The notes under the pieces: model-generated | The model's input: the letters and a program-made list of their open reading frames with translations, nothing else | The model's database searches: none | Told to the model about the DNA's origin: nothing | Part shown: positions 1-9,715 of the stretch, in pieces | How the letters are laid out: each line of letters opens with the position of its first letter | How positions within the stretch are numbered: the first letter of the stretch is position 1 | Program-made: the position numbers and the translations under genes | Virus record (IMG/VR): IMGVR_UViG_3300037067_005176 | Coordinates: 1 to 61,080 of that record | Source: a virus | Lineage: Duplodnaviria; Heunggongvirae; Uroviricota; Caudoviricetes | DNA length: 61,080 nucleotides | Reading direction: 5' to 3' (one strand)

Positions 1-44
1 GACATACAGCATCCTGTGATATAATTTGCAACTATTTATAAATA

Positions 45-74
45 CAATATACAAAAATTCCAAACAACTGTCAA
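45..74 (-). promoter_or_regulatory. Host-type (early) promoter TTGACA-N17-TATATT
   Basis: Minus-strand TTGACA (74-69), 17 nt spacer, TATATTG (51-45); same motif recurs through the window. Confidence 0.55.
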
Positions 75-111
75 TGGTTGGAGCAAAAAATTTAAAATTT
101 ATAAAAATTCG

Positions 112-345
112 TTAAATTACGTCTCTAAGCACAGATTTAATTGATTCAAGAGCTTGTTCTTGTGACGTTTTGTCCAAAATACTTTTTTGTTTTTTACACA
201 TCGAACAAACGGTTTTCATGATTTGTGTAGTTAAACCAATCTCTTTGGCTGTAGGTTCTATTCCATTCAAACATGTTTTCAAAACTTGCATGGCTCTAAG
301 TTTTCTTTGAACATCTTGTGTTCTTCTAAAAGCTTTAGTTCTCAT
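112..345 (-). CDS. Small basic hypothetical protein with CxxC
   Basis: 77 aa ORF, SD-like GAGGG upstream, CSMC motif. Confidence 0.5.
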   Translation of the reverse strand: MRTKAFRRTQDVQRKLRAMQVLKTCLNGIEPTAKEIGLTTQIMKTVCSMCKKQKSILDKTSQEQALESIKSVLRDVI

Positions 346-534
346 AATCCCTCATGCGGTTAATGATTTAAAAATGCGTTCTCTTTCTATAAAGCATTTA
401 TTTGAACATAGACAATTCGAAAAAATATCAAACCAATAATTTGATTCGATATTAGCATTATCAAATAGCTCATCAACATTAACTATTTTTCCACATTGTC
501 TGCATTTGTACATAGTAACTGCCATAATGCCTCT

Positions 535-738
535 TTATACTAATTCATTAAACCTCTCAAACTCATCAATGTAACGCAAAGCAAACGAAATACCGACAGG
601 TACTGTCATAGGTTGAACACCTACAACGTTCATAGCAAGCGATTATGCTGGGGAATCGTCTTTTATTAATGGTAATGATATTGAGCTATATAGTTGAACG
701 AATCTACCTGCTATCGCATTAATATCTATAATTTTCAC
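535..738 (-). pseudogene. Degenerate micro-gene resembling a fragment of T4 gp23-type major capsid protein
   Basis: Hand translation ISLPLIK...*SLAMNVVGVQPMTVPVGISFALRY...FNELV*; GVQPMxxPxGxxFALR is a conserved gp23 motif; internal stop/frameshift. Confidence 0.55.
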
Positions 739-796
739 GCCCTCAATTGATGTCCTTATGAGAGAAAAAATTCCACATTTTGTTTTTAGCTTTTTA

Positions 797-1195
797 TTAA
801 ATAACATTGCCGCTTAAGCTTTTGTATAAATGAATCATAACTTTTGAATCCTTTCCAAGAGATCTGTCGGTTAAATATGAGCGAATGTCTGAGCGAGGAA
901 TCATTTGGACTTTCATAGAAAGTCCATCATTTGGTTTTGATGTAAACAATTCAAAACCAAATGACTGCGCTATATAATTAAAATCTGTAATCTTACGTTT
1001 GAGAGATTCATTTCGTACATGTTTATACGCAACAAATAAATCATTATCGATTGCGGGTTCACCGAAGAACCCACGAAATATTGAACACGCAGACTCAAAA
1101 TTGGACCTAATTAAATCGTTAATATTGATATTAACTAGTCTATTACGATGTTTAATCATTTTGTATATTTGATAAAATTCCTTGAAAATATTCAT
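797..1195 (-). CDS. Hypothetical protein
   Basis: 132 aa ORF in tightly packed operon. Confidence 0.5.
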   Translation of the reverse strand: MNIFKEFYQIYKMIKHRNRLVNININDLIRSNFESACSIFRGFFGEPAIDNDLFVAYKHVRNESLKRKITDFNYIAQSFGFELFTSKPNDGLSMKVQMIPRSDIRSYLTDRSLGKDSKVMIHLYKSLSGNVI

Positions 1196-1362
1196 TACAT
1201 ATCCTTATTTGTTTTCAATTTTCGTTAATGCCCCGCATTTATTGCATGTAACTTCGTAAATATGCCTTGAAATTTCTTTGTATGTTACAGAATACCGACC
1301 AGTTGGATTTGTACATCCATGATCAATCATCCACATAGTGGCTTTATCGTAAGGAGTTGGAT

Positions 1363-1875
1363 TTAACATATTGATTTCCTTGACACGACATGATGTATCA
1401 TCCCACACTCGCAACGTACATCAGAAAATATTAAACCAAAAGGATCAACTCCAGATGATTTGATTACTTCACCCATTGCCATGCCGTCCAACACATGGCA
1501 ATAACATTCAATCTTTACTTTTTTAATTCTATAGACATAAGTCCTCACTTTATACTTTTTTGTTAAAGCAATCATATGCCGTGTACCATTTGAAACACCA
1601 TCCCAAATAGCGATCAACGCATCAGCCACTTTAGCCATTTCTTCGTTTCTTAAATAACCAGCCCTATTACCATATTTATCCCAGTCTGCATTATAGACTT
1701 CAACTGGGAATTCAAACTCTCTTGCAAATCTTACGCTTAACATATCAGGCCCGCGAGCTCCACCTGAAATAATACATGTAGGTCTAATGCAACCAAGTTG
1801 AACGGAATCTCTTATTGCTTTCAATACAATGCCGTAATCATTAATATTACGCGATCCTGCAATAATAGTTCTCAC
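1363..1875 (-). CDS. SLOG/DUF2493 (YspA-like) nucleotide-binding protein
   Basis: IIAGSR, IISGGARGPD, ADWDKYGNRAGYLRNEEM, WDGVSNGT motifs. Confidence 0.8.
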   Translation of the reverse strand: MRTIIAGSRNINDYGIVLKAIRDSVQLGCIRPTCIISGGARGPDMLSVRFAREFEFPVEVYNADWDKYGNRAGYLRNEEMAKVADALIAIWDGVSNGTRHMIALTKKYKVRTYVYRIKKVKIECYCHVLDGMAMGEVIKSSGVDPFGLIFSDVRCECGMIHHVVSRKSIC

Positions 1876-2028
1876 ATTCCACCTACAGGATATGACATAG
1901 TTTCAAATTCTTGAATAGGCATCTTGTGCTTTTCAAAATCTCGTGTTTGAAAGTATGCATATGTTTCATCAAAGCCAATAACTGTAACTCTACGAGGACA
2001 ACAGCCACCGAAATCTGCATTTCGCTCT

Positions 2029-2451
2029 TCACCGATTTTCATTTTCAATTCTCCATTTATCCCAACGTCGTTTAGCGCTTTCGCTCATACGTTGTTTCGT
2101 ATTATTAATTTTCCATGTTTGTTTTCTTTTTTCAATAACATCAACCGACTGTTTTATACCATTCAGCCAAGGAGTCTTTCGCCCTTTACCTGCGTTACTC
2201 ATTTTAACTTTTGTTTCATCTGTTATGATCTTTGGTACTTCAATCAATATCGCAAGCGGATTTTGCATTGAATACCTAAATGGATATCTTACAATTGAAT
2301 CACAGTAACAACATGACGAAACGAAATTCGAATTATGTGTTACTATGTTCATAGTGTCGTCGCTTAACTTCTTAAACCCAGACCCTTCAATGATAAAATC
2401 AAAGGGCTTGTTGCATTCACGACATGTTAACTTTAACTTATGCTCAATCAT
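2029..2451 (-). CDS. Zn-finger plus NUMOD3-motif protein (endonuclease-derived)
   Basis: CREC/CCYC and TDETKVKMSNAGKGRKTPW NUMOD3-like motif. Confidence 0.5.
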   Translation of the reverse strand: MIEHKLKLTCRECNKPFDFIIEGSGFKKLSDDTMNIVTHNSNFVSSCCYCDSIVRYPFRYSMQNPLAILIEVPKIITDETKVKMSNAGKGRKTPWLNGIKQSVDVIEKRKQTWKINNTKQRMSESAKRRWDKWRIENENR

Positions 2452-2821
2452 TTTGACACTTGGTGTTCAAAGTTCTTGATGCTTCTCCGCCAAATAATCT
2501 TGACACGTGTTGTGTTGATTTAACGTCGATACAAATCTTACCGCCAACATAAGATGTATCAACATATGAATTCTTATTGCTATCAAGAACAACTAAAGTC
2601 CCGTTGTCAGTGAATGCTTTAAATGGTTCTTGATGTTGAATGCTTTCGCTGATCTTAATTGTACCGAACGTCATATAAGCCATAAGCAGAAGAGGAATAG
2701 AAAGCGAGAGTATGCTAATGTGTTTTACTTTAGCAGTCATATACAAGCTAAAGATAACATATGCAATTCCAATAAAGATCAACAATGTATTCATTTCATT
2801 TGTCCTTTGGATGATCGTCAT
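2444..2821 (-). CDS. Membrane protein, hypothetical
   Basis: Two N-terminal hydrophobic segments. Confidence 0.45.
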   Translation of the reverse strand: MTIIQRTNEMNTLLIFIGIAYVIFSLYMTAKVKHISILSLSIPLLLMAYMTFGTIKISESIQHQEPFKAFTDNGTLVVLDSNKNSYVDTSYVGGKICIDVKSTQHVSRLFGGEASRTLNTKCQND

Positions 2822-2913
2822 CCTTCAAGTATGGTTTAACTACACAGCTCCAAAACATAAACAATATGCATCCGCCAAAAATCACAAATCCCATAATATT
2901 ACCTCAGCAATAT

Positions 2914-3465
2914 TTATCGATTGAGAATCTTCCGTGCTTCCTCAAGGTGCTTACTGTTGAAGCCATCTTTGAATTCTGTGTTCACAAAATTATTTGGATG
3001 CACATCTTTAATATCGAAGCTGTCATCATCGATAACAACATAAGATTCAACTTCAAAATCTTTTTCTTTCTCAAGCCAAAACTTAATCTCTTGACCGCGA
3101 CCATCTAAAGCATCATTGTTTGAAGGAGTGCGATCAATAATAGGAATGCACATACCCTTCATTGTAAATAACTTCCTCAGTTGATCGGCTGTTCTGCCAA
3201 CTCTCCATGTCGAAGAGATAACAAAACGAACTTGAGGATCTCTTGATAAAGCATGAATGTTTTTCAACGCATCCTTATCAAATGGCCAATTCTCCATATC
3301 GAAACTAGGAAAGAATCCAATGTTTTTGCGAATCTTATCATACTTCTTGAAAAGATCAGTATCATTTGCATCAAGCCCACTCCAATCAGCGATTGCTTGG
3401 TGAATTGAATTTTCGGTGCATATCACACCATCAATATCCAAGAAGACAATTTTAAACTTTTCCAT
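2914..3465 (-). CDS. HAD-domain protein (HAD_SAK_2-like)
   Basis: FLDIDGV, VISSTWR, RGQEIKFWL, VVIDDD. Confidence 0.85.
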   Translation of the reverse strand: MEKFKIVFLDIDGVICTENSIHQAIADWSGLDANDTDLFKKYDKIRKNIGFFPSFDMENWPFDKDALKNIHALSRDPQVRFVISSTWRVGRTADQLRKLFTMKGMCIPIIDRTPSNNDALDGRGQEIKFWLEKEKDFEVESYVVIDDDSFDIKDVHPNNFVNTEFKDGFNSKHLEEARKILNR

Positions 3466-3743
3466 TACTTCAACTTTCCTTTCTTAGCTCTCACTTTCTC
3501 AAGACCTAAGCATCGTTCAATTGTATTGACGACATTTTCAATTCCTTCTTTGACATAACCGCGTTCACGCTCAGTCATCATCGCATACTTCTCAGGATAC
3601 TTGTTGAATATTGCATCAGCGTTATCCTTAAGCAAGCACAAATTATTAAAAGTCCAAAACTTCGCAAACTCTTTAGGCGTGCAATTCTTTCCGTCAAACT
3701 TAATGCCCATAAAAATTCCTTTAAGTTCAAAAATAAAAAACAA
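3465..3743 (-). CDS. Hypothetical protein
   Basis: ORF directly behind an early promoter; true start probably MGIKF. Confidence 0.45.
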   Translation of the reverse strand: MFFIFELKGIFMGIKFDGKNCTPKEFAKFWTFNNLCLLKDNADAIFNKYPEKYAMMTERERGYVKEGIENVVNTIERCLGLEKVRAKKGKLK

Positions 3744-3771
3744 AAATAATAAAAGATTTCAAAACTGTCAA
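3741..3771 (-). promoter_or_regulatory. Early promoter TTGACA-N17-TATTTTTG
   Basis: Direct motif match. Confidence 0.6.
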
Positions 3772-3853
3772 TTGGAAATTATGATTTTTATTCGTCATTT
3801 AGATGTGTTTAGAAGTGCTTAGATTTTTCTGACAGTTGTTATCATTGGAAACA

Positions 3854-3886
3854 AAAAATCCTTTTAGAAACACTTCTAAAAGGATT
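3854..3886 (-). terminator. Intrinsic terminator
   Basis: AATCCTTTTAGAA/TTCTAAAAGGATT hairpin followed by a U-run on the minus strand. Confidence 0.6.
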
Positions 3887-3895
3887 GAATGATAT

Positions 3896-4102
3896 TTAAT
3901 TATGTGTTGAGAACCAATATTCTCTGAACAGCTTCGCATGTTTTGATATCCAATCCATGCAAGCGTCTTTTCCTAAATCTCTCCCGGCCCGTTCACTTAC
4001 GATCCATTTGTATTTCTCAATCTCTTTCACTTGATCTTCCATGAACTGCTTTTGACATTCGCAAATATTTCTCATTGTGATATCCATAAGTTTACCAAAC
4101 AA
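3896..4102 (-). CDS. DUF4032-like small protein
   Basis: EIEKYKWIVSERAGRDLG...DW motif. Confidence 0.55.
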   Translation of the reverse strand: MFGKLMDITMRNICECQKQFMEDQVKEIEKYKWIVSERAGRDLGKDACMDWISKHAKLFREYWFSTHN

Positions 4103-4135
4103 GTGTTCATTTCAATAAGCGGTTAACGATTGTAT

Positions 4136-4486
4136 TTATTCTTCCTCAGGATCGGCTGGCATAGGAGTTATTGGATGATCAGCCTTTGGAACTTTAAAGT
4201 TTAAACGGTCTTGATTCGCTGTAGCGGCAGCGGCTTGAAGCATCTTCATTGCTTCTGCTTCATTTGCTTCTCTGATCTTTCTGATAGTGCTTACCTTTCG
4301 AGATTTAATAACCGCAATGGGTATGCGCACCATAAGGAACCAAAGTAGAACGAATGCAGCAATCTTAATCGCTATCAACGAAGTCGCATAAGCTCCTGTG
4401 CCAAGAATTCCACAAAGCCCAAGTATCAAAACATATGCAAGTGTAGATGCAATTGTTGATCCTATGTAAATTAATGTGTCTTTCAT
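4136..4486 (-). CDS. Two-TM membrane protein
   Basis: Hydrophobic N-terminal half. Confidence 0.5.
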   Translation of the reverse strand: MKDTLIYIGSTIASTLAYVLILGLCGILGTGAYATSLIAIKIAAFVLLWFLMVRIPIAVIKSRKVSTIRKIREANEAEAMKMLQAAAATANQDRLNFKVPKADHPITPMPADPEEE

Positions 4487-4505
4487 ATTACCTCTTTACT
4501 TTTAT

Positions 4506-4667
4506 TTATCTTGTATGATATTGTTGCATACACCAATAACACCCATCAACATTACCATATTTTGATTTTGCTTCATTTAAAGCGTCTTTTGCATTATGCG
4601 TTGCCTTATTCAAACCTCGCAATTTAGCATTTGATATAATTTCATCATATATTCTTTGATAGTTCAT
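4506..4667 (-). pseudogene. Remnant of MNYQRIY-family HNH endonuclease fused to unrelated sequence
   Basis: Hand translation MNYQRIYDEIISNAKLRGLNK... matches the N-terminus of the ORFs at 50239 and 28870. Confidence 0.7.
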
Positions 4668-5965
4668 TATACCTCTCGAGTATCTCCGTGTACATATTTA
4701 ATTACAGGGAACCTCAGACTATATCCGCCATTTTGATTTGTGGTTCCCTCAAAGTATTTAACAGTAATAGTTTTGCCTAAAATCTTTGAAGGGTCATTCA
4801 TAAACTCAATGCGTTGGGCTTTTGAAAAACCTGAGCCTACCGATACAATACAATCTTTATAACGAATCTTTACACATCGTAAGCAAGTAATTTCTTGAGA
4901 GCCAACGCCTTTTTCGGTGAAGTTCATAGGACCAAATTCAACGTCCTCAACAACAAACTCATCATCCAAGAATTTTTTCACCTTTAAGAGGTTCTTAGAA
5001 CGCCCGCTTTCATAGCAAACATTTTTTCTCAACATGAGTCCTTCCCACTTACCTTCATCAGCCTTCTTCTGCATTGCTGCAAAGGATTCTTCCGTAAGAG
5101 AAACTTGCTCAAGAAGGGAGATGTACTTGAACTTCTTTCCTTCCATAGCATTGCGTACCTTGGCCAAACGAGTTGCAAACAATGGGCTCTTGGTCTTTCC
5201 GAAGAATTCATCAACAGTCATCATATCAAAAATCTGATACATAGGATTCTTGATAGTGTGATCCTTCTTCTTGATTTCCTTCATGATGCCTTGGAAATCT
5301 TCGTTACCATTTTTGTCAACCAAACCGATTTCACCGTCAAAGGCCATCGAGTCTTCGCCAAGCGTTGCAATCAATTCAGCAAGCTCTTCCTTGACCAAAT
5401 CAATAGTTGTGAACTCGTTTCCTTGACGAGAGTATGCGGTGCGATTCTTTCCTTGAATAATAACTGGGCAGCGGCATCCATCAATCTTGCGGCTGCAGAA
5501 CCAATTGCCATCAAAGGTTACAACCTTTTCAGACTTGTCATCAAACTTATGAGCGAGGGCGACATCAAAAGATGGTACAAGATTTGGGATAAGACGATTC
5601 ATAATCGTATCAGTTGCACCGCACTTAAGATCGCGGTCAAGAATACGACAGATGACATCTTGTGAATCCTTTTCATAACAAGAGAGCACGATTGCAATTG
5701 CATCTTGAGCAGCTCCGCCTGTCACTTCACGTTTTGCCAACATATCAAGAAGGACCTTTGCCTTTCCGAAACAATCTTCAATCGTCATCGAGCCTGTGCT
5801 CTTTGGTTCATTGTACTTCTTAACACCGAATGTGTGATAAGAGCTATAGGTATAAAAGAACACCTCTTGAAGGACTGCGTTGTCCTTGTGCTTTGCGAGG
5901 ATTGCTTCTTTTTCGGAGCCCTTTGATGTTGCGGCTACTTCGTTAAGAATATCAATAATCTTCAT
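4667..5965 (-). CDS. ATP-dependent DNA ligase (T4 gp30-like)
   Basis: KxDG (SRKIDGCR), FDGE, EGLMLR, LLKVK, VGSGF, SLRFP; start moved to MKIIDIL behind SD GGAG. Confidence 0.95.
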   Translation of the reverse strand: MKIIDILNEVAATSKGSEKEAILAKHKDNAVLQEVFFYTYSSYHTFGVKKYNEPKSTGSMTIEDCFGKAKVLLDMLAKREVTGGAAQDAIAIVLSCYEKDSQDVICRILDRDLKCGATDTIMNRLIPNLVPSFDVALAHKFDDKSEKVVTFDGNWFCSRKIDGCRCPVIIQGKNRTAYSRQGNEFTTIDLVKEELAELIATLGEDSMAFDGEIGLVDKNGNEDFQGIMKEIKKKDHTIKNPMYQIFDMMTVDEFFGKTKSPLFATRLAKVRNAMEGKKFKYISLLEQVSLTEESFAAMQKKADEGKWEGLMLRKNVCYESGRSKNLLKVKKFLDDEFVVEDVEFGPMNFTEKGVGSQEITCLRCVKIRYKDCIVSVGSGFSKAQRIEFMNDPSKILGKTITVKYFEGTTNQNGGYSLRFPVIKYVHGDTREV

Positions 5966-6008
5966 ACCTTCTCCTTGTACAGTTTTATTGCTTCTTTGGG
6001 TGTTCATA

Positions 6009-6308
6009 TCAAAATCCAAACCCTTGACAAACCATTTTGTTCTTGATGTACTTGTCTGGGTATTCAACCAAAATTGCTTTTCCGTCAATTATTGCATACC
6101 TGATGTCGGTTGCATAGATTGAACCCATCTCTGTTGCAAAACCAAACACGGTTGCCATACGAGTCTGACCCTTCTTAGAGTCTTCAAGGCGAGCCTTCCA
6201 ACTGTTCTTAAGGATAACTTCGGTACCCTTCTTAAGCTCGTTCACATTGATAATCATATCAGCGACGGTTGGCATTTGTCTGTCCTTTGTTTGATGAATA
6301 GATAACAT
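6009..6308 (-). CDS. Hypothetical protein
   Basis: 99 aa ORF, co-oriented. Confidence 0.5.
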   Translation of the reverse strand: MLSIHQTKDRQMPTVADMIINVNELKKGTEVILKNSWKARLEDSKKGQTRMATVFGFATEMGSIYATDIRYAIIDGKAILVEYPDKYIKNKMVCQGFGF

Positions 6309-6538
6309 CGATGACTAACGTTAAAGCAAGAATGCAAGCAATTCCCATAACAATATGGCGCTCTGATGGAGCGATTGCGTGTATCTTCAGTATCAAGTCA
6401 GTCATTGTCAGTTCCAATTGTTCAGTTGTTCGATGGATATAATATACAAACTATTTTCTCACTCTGCAATGGTTAAAATGAACTTTTTTCTTTAGGAATT
6501 CGTGAAAAAATGAACTATAGTGAAAATTCGTGAAAAAA

Positions 6539-6569
6539 AGAAAGGCAAAGCTTGTTGCCCTGCCTTTCT
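6539..6569 (-). terminator. Intrinsic terminator
   Basis: AGAAAGGCA/TGCCTTTCT hairpin plus U-run. Confidence 0.6.
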
Positions 6570-6582
6570 ATATAATTGTCAA

Positions 6583-6864
6583 TTAGCGACCTTCGTCACA
6601 ATCTTCTACCAACTTTCTGTAAGCATTGCAAACTGAAAGTTCTGCGCGGGAGAGTCCACGAACTGCATTTTGCGAAACACGTTCGGTATTACCAAACTGA
6701 TCTTGAATAACAATTCGTTCACGAGTCTGTGCGTAAGGATTTACAACTGTGTAAATGCTCTTCACATAATCAGCACGACGCATAACCTTATCACCAATTG
6801 CAAACTTGTTAGCTTTATAAGTATACATATTTACCTCATAGTACATTTGTGTTGTTCTTATCAA
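6583..6864 (-). CDS. Hypothetical protein (SH3/KOW-like)
   Basis: FAIGDKV start typical of small beta-barrels. Confidence 0.4.
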   Translation of the reverse strand: MIRTTQMYYEVNMYTYKANKFAIGDKVMRRADYVKSIYTVVNPYAQTRERIVIQDQFGNTERVSQNAVRGLSRAELSVCNAYRKLVEDCDEGR

Positions 6865-7459
6865 TTAGCTCCTCAATAATTAAATCTCGGACAGCTAAGT
6901 CTCTTGTTGAGAAATCAGGTATGATCCTTTGCAACACTTCATCGGATTCATACGGAACATTTTTACCCTGCTTTCTCGTTTGTCTCAAATAATCATAATA
7001 GTAGGAATAAGCAATTGCACTTTTCTTATAATGATCAAGATCAATAGGAAGTTTCCATTTTATGATCTCTTGTACAGCTCGCTTATCACAATCAAATTCC
7101 AATTTCTTTACTAAGAGGAAACATTCATCAAGAGTCTTTGCTGAATATTCCTTTCCCTTAAGCCAGTAATCCACGACAGTTGTTGGGTCAAGCTTCTTAT
7201 ACGTTGCTATATACACAGGGGCATTTTCAATCCATTGCATCATATGTGAATATTCATGAACCAACACACCAATAACATTTGGACTATCGGATTCAGTTAT
7301 CTCAAGTGTTCTAATTGAATCATTGAATCCTCCAAGAATATCGCTATCATCATCAACGGGAATCGTTACGAAATCAATATTGTTTGCGATGCAAGTCCTT
7401 ATCACATGAGATACAAACCTTTTAATGTTCGCGTCCTTGATTGATTCCACATTTATCAT
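6836..7459 (-). CDS. Putative zinc metallopeptidase-like protein
   Basis: HExxH (VHEYSH) plus downstream E (LEFDC). Confidence 0.55.
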   Translation of the reverse strand: MINVESIKDANIKRFVSHVIRTCIANNIDFVTIPVDDDSDILGGFNDSIRTLEITESDSPNVIGVLVHEYSHMMQWIENAPVYIATYKKLDPTTVVDYWLKGKEYSAKTLDECFLLVKKLEFDCDKRAVQEIIKWKLPIDLDHYKKSAIAYSYYYDYLRQTRKQGKNVPYESDEVLQRIIPDFSTRDLAVRDLIIEELIDKNNTNVL

Positions 7460-8157
7460 TTTACCTCTTTAACGAAAACAAAATCGTTTGGATCTTTAAA
7501 TCGTTTCTTTATTGCGCTTGAACAAATTTTAAAATGTTCTTTTGCATATGAAATTGCATCTTTAATACACCCAAATTCGACATCGTTTATATAACATTTT
7601 TTTGCTTTAGGATTTAAACTTCCAGCGGAACCTTTTTTATTATTCCATGAATGTTTTTTTCCTTTAGCACTTTGACTCATTTTTGCTCGAACTTCCGGTT
7701 TTGATAAACAATTCTTTGCATTCAATCTTAATTCATTTCGTCTTTCGTCACTTAACATGGAATATTTTAATTTTTTTGTTTCTGAAATTCTATTACAAGT
7801 TTCTTTTGAAACAATTCTTTTTGAAAATGCTGAAGCTATATCAGTTCTGAGATTTTCATATTCTTTCGCGCTTAAAGAAAATTTTCTTTCTATTTGTCGC
7901 GACTTCATATTTGAAGATTTCATTTTATGAAAAGCTAAAGCAAGTCTTTTATCATCTTTATAAATTTTCCACAATAAATGATGACAGACATAATGTTCTT
8001 TAGCAGTCATCATTGTTAAGTTTTCTTTCTTATTACTTCCACCTAAACATTTTGGAATTATGTGATGTCTTTCAAAATATTCTTCTGTTCTTGTCCAGGA
8101 AAACTTTCGTTCTTTAGTTTTTTCAACAATTTTATCATATATGCTTTTATAATTCAT
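7456..8157 (-). CDS. HNH homing endonuclease with NUMOD3 motifs
   Basis: ERHHIIPKCLGGSN...NL...EHYVCHHLL. Confidence 0.9.
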   Translation of the reverse strand: MNYKSIYDKIVEKTKERKFSWTRTEEYFERHHIIPKCLGGSNKKENLTMMTAKEHYVCHHLLWKIYKDDKRLALAFHKMKSSNMKSRQIERKFSLSAKEYENLRTDIASAFSKRIVSKETCNRISETKKLKYSMLSDERRNELRLNAKNCLSKPEVRAKMSQSAKGKKHSWNNKKGSAGSLNPKAKKCYINDVEFGCIKDAISYAKEHFKICSSAIKKRFKDPNDFVFVKEVK

Positions 8158-8190
8158 AAATCTCCTTTATTGTATTTATAAAAGCATATA
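8138..8190 (-). promoter_or_regulatory. T4-type late promoter TATAAATA with hairpin enclosing the HNH start
   Basis: TATAAATA at 8173-8180; 15-bp inverted repeat 8138-8152/8176-8190. Confidence 0.65.
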
Positions 8191-8204
8191 ATGTTTACCG
8201 ATGA

Positions 8205-9617
8205 TTATTCCATATCGGGAAGGTACGCATAAAATCCCCAGTCAACTGGCGGCTTATATTTTTGTGAAGTCGATAACCACAAAACCTTCGCTTTGGTTGG
8301 CCGTGTAGGAGCCGCTGCACAGCAATCAGTCAGAATAACTATTCCATCATATTTATGTTCTTGAGCGTAATCCATGACAGGTTGGAAATCTGTTCCGCCA
8401 CGACCCTTAAAATCAAAAGTCTGTTGGGCGCGTTTCAGATTCTTAACGATATCATAAATCTTTGTATCAAATGGAAGCCAATCAATTTCAGCGTGCTTAA
8501 TGGTTGCATTGATTAAGGCACCACCTCTTGCCAGTTCATCGTTTGACATTGACCCAGACGTATCAACAGCAAACAAAATTCGCGACTTGTAATTTCTTCT
8601 ATGACCTGGAGAATCAAGACCGAATCGGCGATTAAGCTTCATGCGGGAACTTGTGGATACTTGTGTAAGGACACTGTTGTTGAAACGACGAACGATATCC
8701 TTAGGATTGATCTCAGGAGTATTGGCCGCAATGATAGCACTGATCATGCTATTAGTATGGCGACCCCAATTCTTGAGATTCTTTTGTTCATTGTTTACAT
8801 ACGACTGGACATCGGCATCAAAGAGGTTGTTTTCACCCCACTGGTCATTCGCAGTAGAGTTCTTTGGATCGTGGTGCTGAGCAAGAGCATCGCTTTGAGA
8901 ATCAAATTCTTGGAATTCATTCTCGCCCTGACCTTGGTTCTGACCGTCACCTTGACCTTCCCCGTCTTGATCGCTCTCCTGATCCCCCTGTTGTCCCCCA
9001 CCACCTAGATTTCCTTTCTGGTTTGGATCCTTCTTCCCTTTCCCATCGCCCTTGCCATCTTTAGAGTTCCCTTCACCTTGACCGCCTTTGCCACCTTGTT
9101 GGCCTTTTTGTTTTTCACCTTTCTGTTGTGCATTCTGCATGGCTTCTTTGACCTTTTGGTCAACCTTGTCCATGATATCTTTGATACGACGGTAGTACTC
9201 TTCATAGAACTTGTTCTTTTCAAGTCCAAAAGATTCTGCCGTAAAGAATGTGCCTGTATCACCGAAGTCGGCAATACCACCCATGATATGACCGTTAATT
9301 GTAACATCGGATGCAAGATTACTTACAGTCTTTGGTTCGCGAAGACGAGTTGTTGCATGACGGAGAAGAATCTTAAATCCTTCCTTTGCCATAACAGCTT
9401 CAAGGTATTCATCGCTCAACGCATTAACAAAATTTGGATTGTATGCAATGTAAGGAGGAGAAGACTTTGTGTTTATACCCATCGTCTTTTGTTTTGGGTC
9501 AACTATCTTATCTATGATACACCATGAACCCAAAAGGCATACGTCATCGAAGGACCAACGCATCATCACCTTGTTCATTTTCGCTAAAGCTTTTGAGTGA
9601 ATATCAATTTCGTTCAT
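8205..9617 (-). CDS. VWA-domain/DUF2201-type protein (partner of MoxR ATPase)
   Basis: MIDAS DTSGSM, GRGGTDF, LTD; Gly/Gln/Asp-rich linker. Confidence 0.85.
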   Translation of the reverse strand: MNEIDIHSKALAKMNKVMMRWSFDDVCLLGSWCIIDKIVDPKQKTMGINTKSSPPYIAYNPNFVNALSDEYLEAVMAKEGFKILLRHATTRLREPKTVSNLASDVTINGHIMGGIADFGDTGTFFTAESFGLEKNKFYEEYYRRIKDIMDKVDQKVKEAMQNAQQKGEKQKGQQGGKGGQGEGNSKDGKGDGKGKKDPNQKGNLGGGGQQGDQESDQDGEGQGDGQNQGQGENEFQEFDSQSDALAQHHDPKNSTANDQWGENNLFDADVQSYVNNEQKNLKNWGRHTNSMISAIIAANTPEINPKDIVRRFNNSVLTQVSTSSRMKLNRRFGLDSPGHRRNYKSRILFAVDTSGSMSNDELARGGALINATIKHAEIDWLPFDTKIYDIVKNLKRAQQTFDFKGRGGTDFQPVMDYAQEHKYDGIVILTDCCAAAPTRPTKAKVLWLSTSQKYKPPVDWGFYAYLPDME

Positions 9618-9715
9618 TTAAATCTCCAGTTAGAAAAATCATGAATACAATTTAGCATTTTTTGAAGAATTGTTAAAAGTAATTAGAATATCACGTGTGT
9701 TCATAGTTTAACTTC

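Noticed and set aside
6497-6539. Direct repeat AATTCGTGAAAAAA x2
   Set aside because: Only two short copies between a terminator and a promoter; no function can be supported
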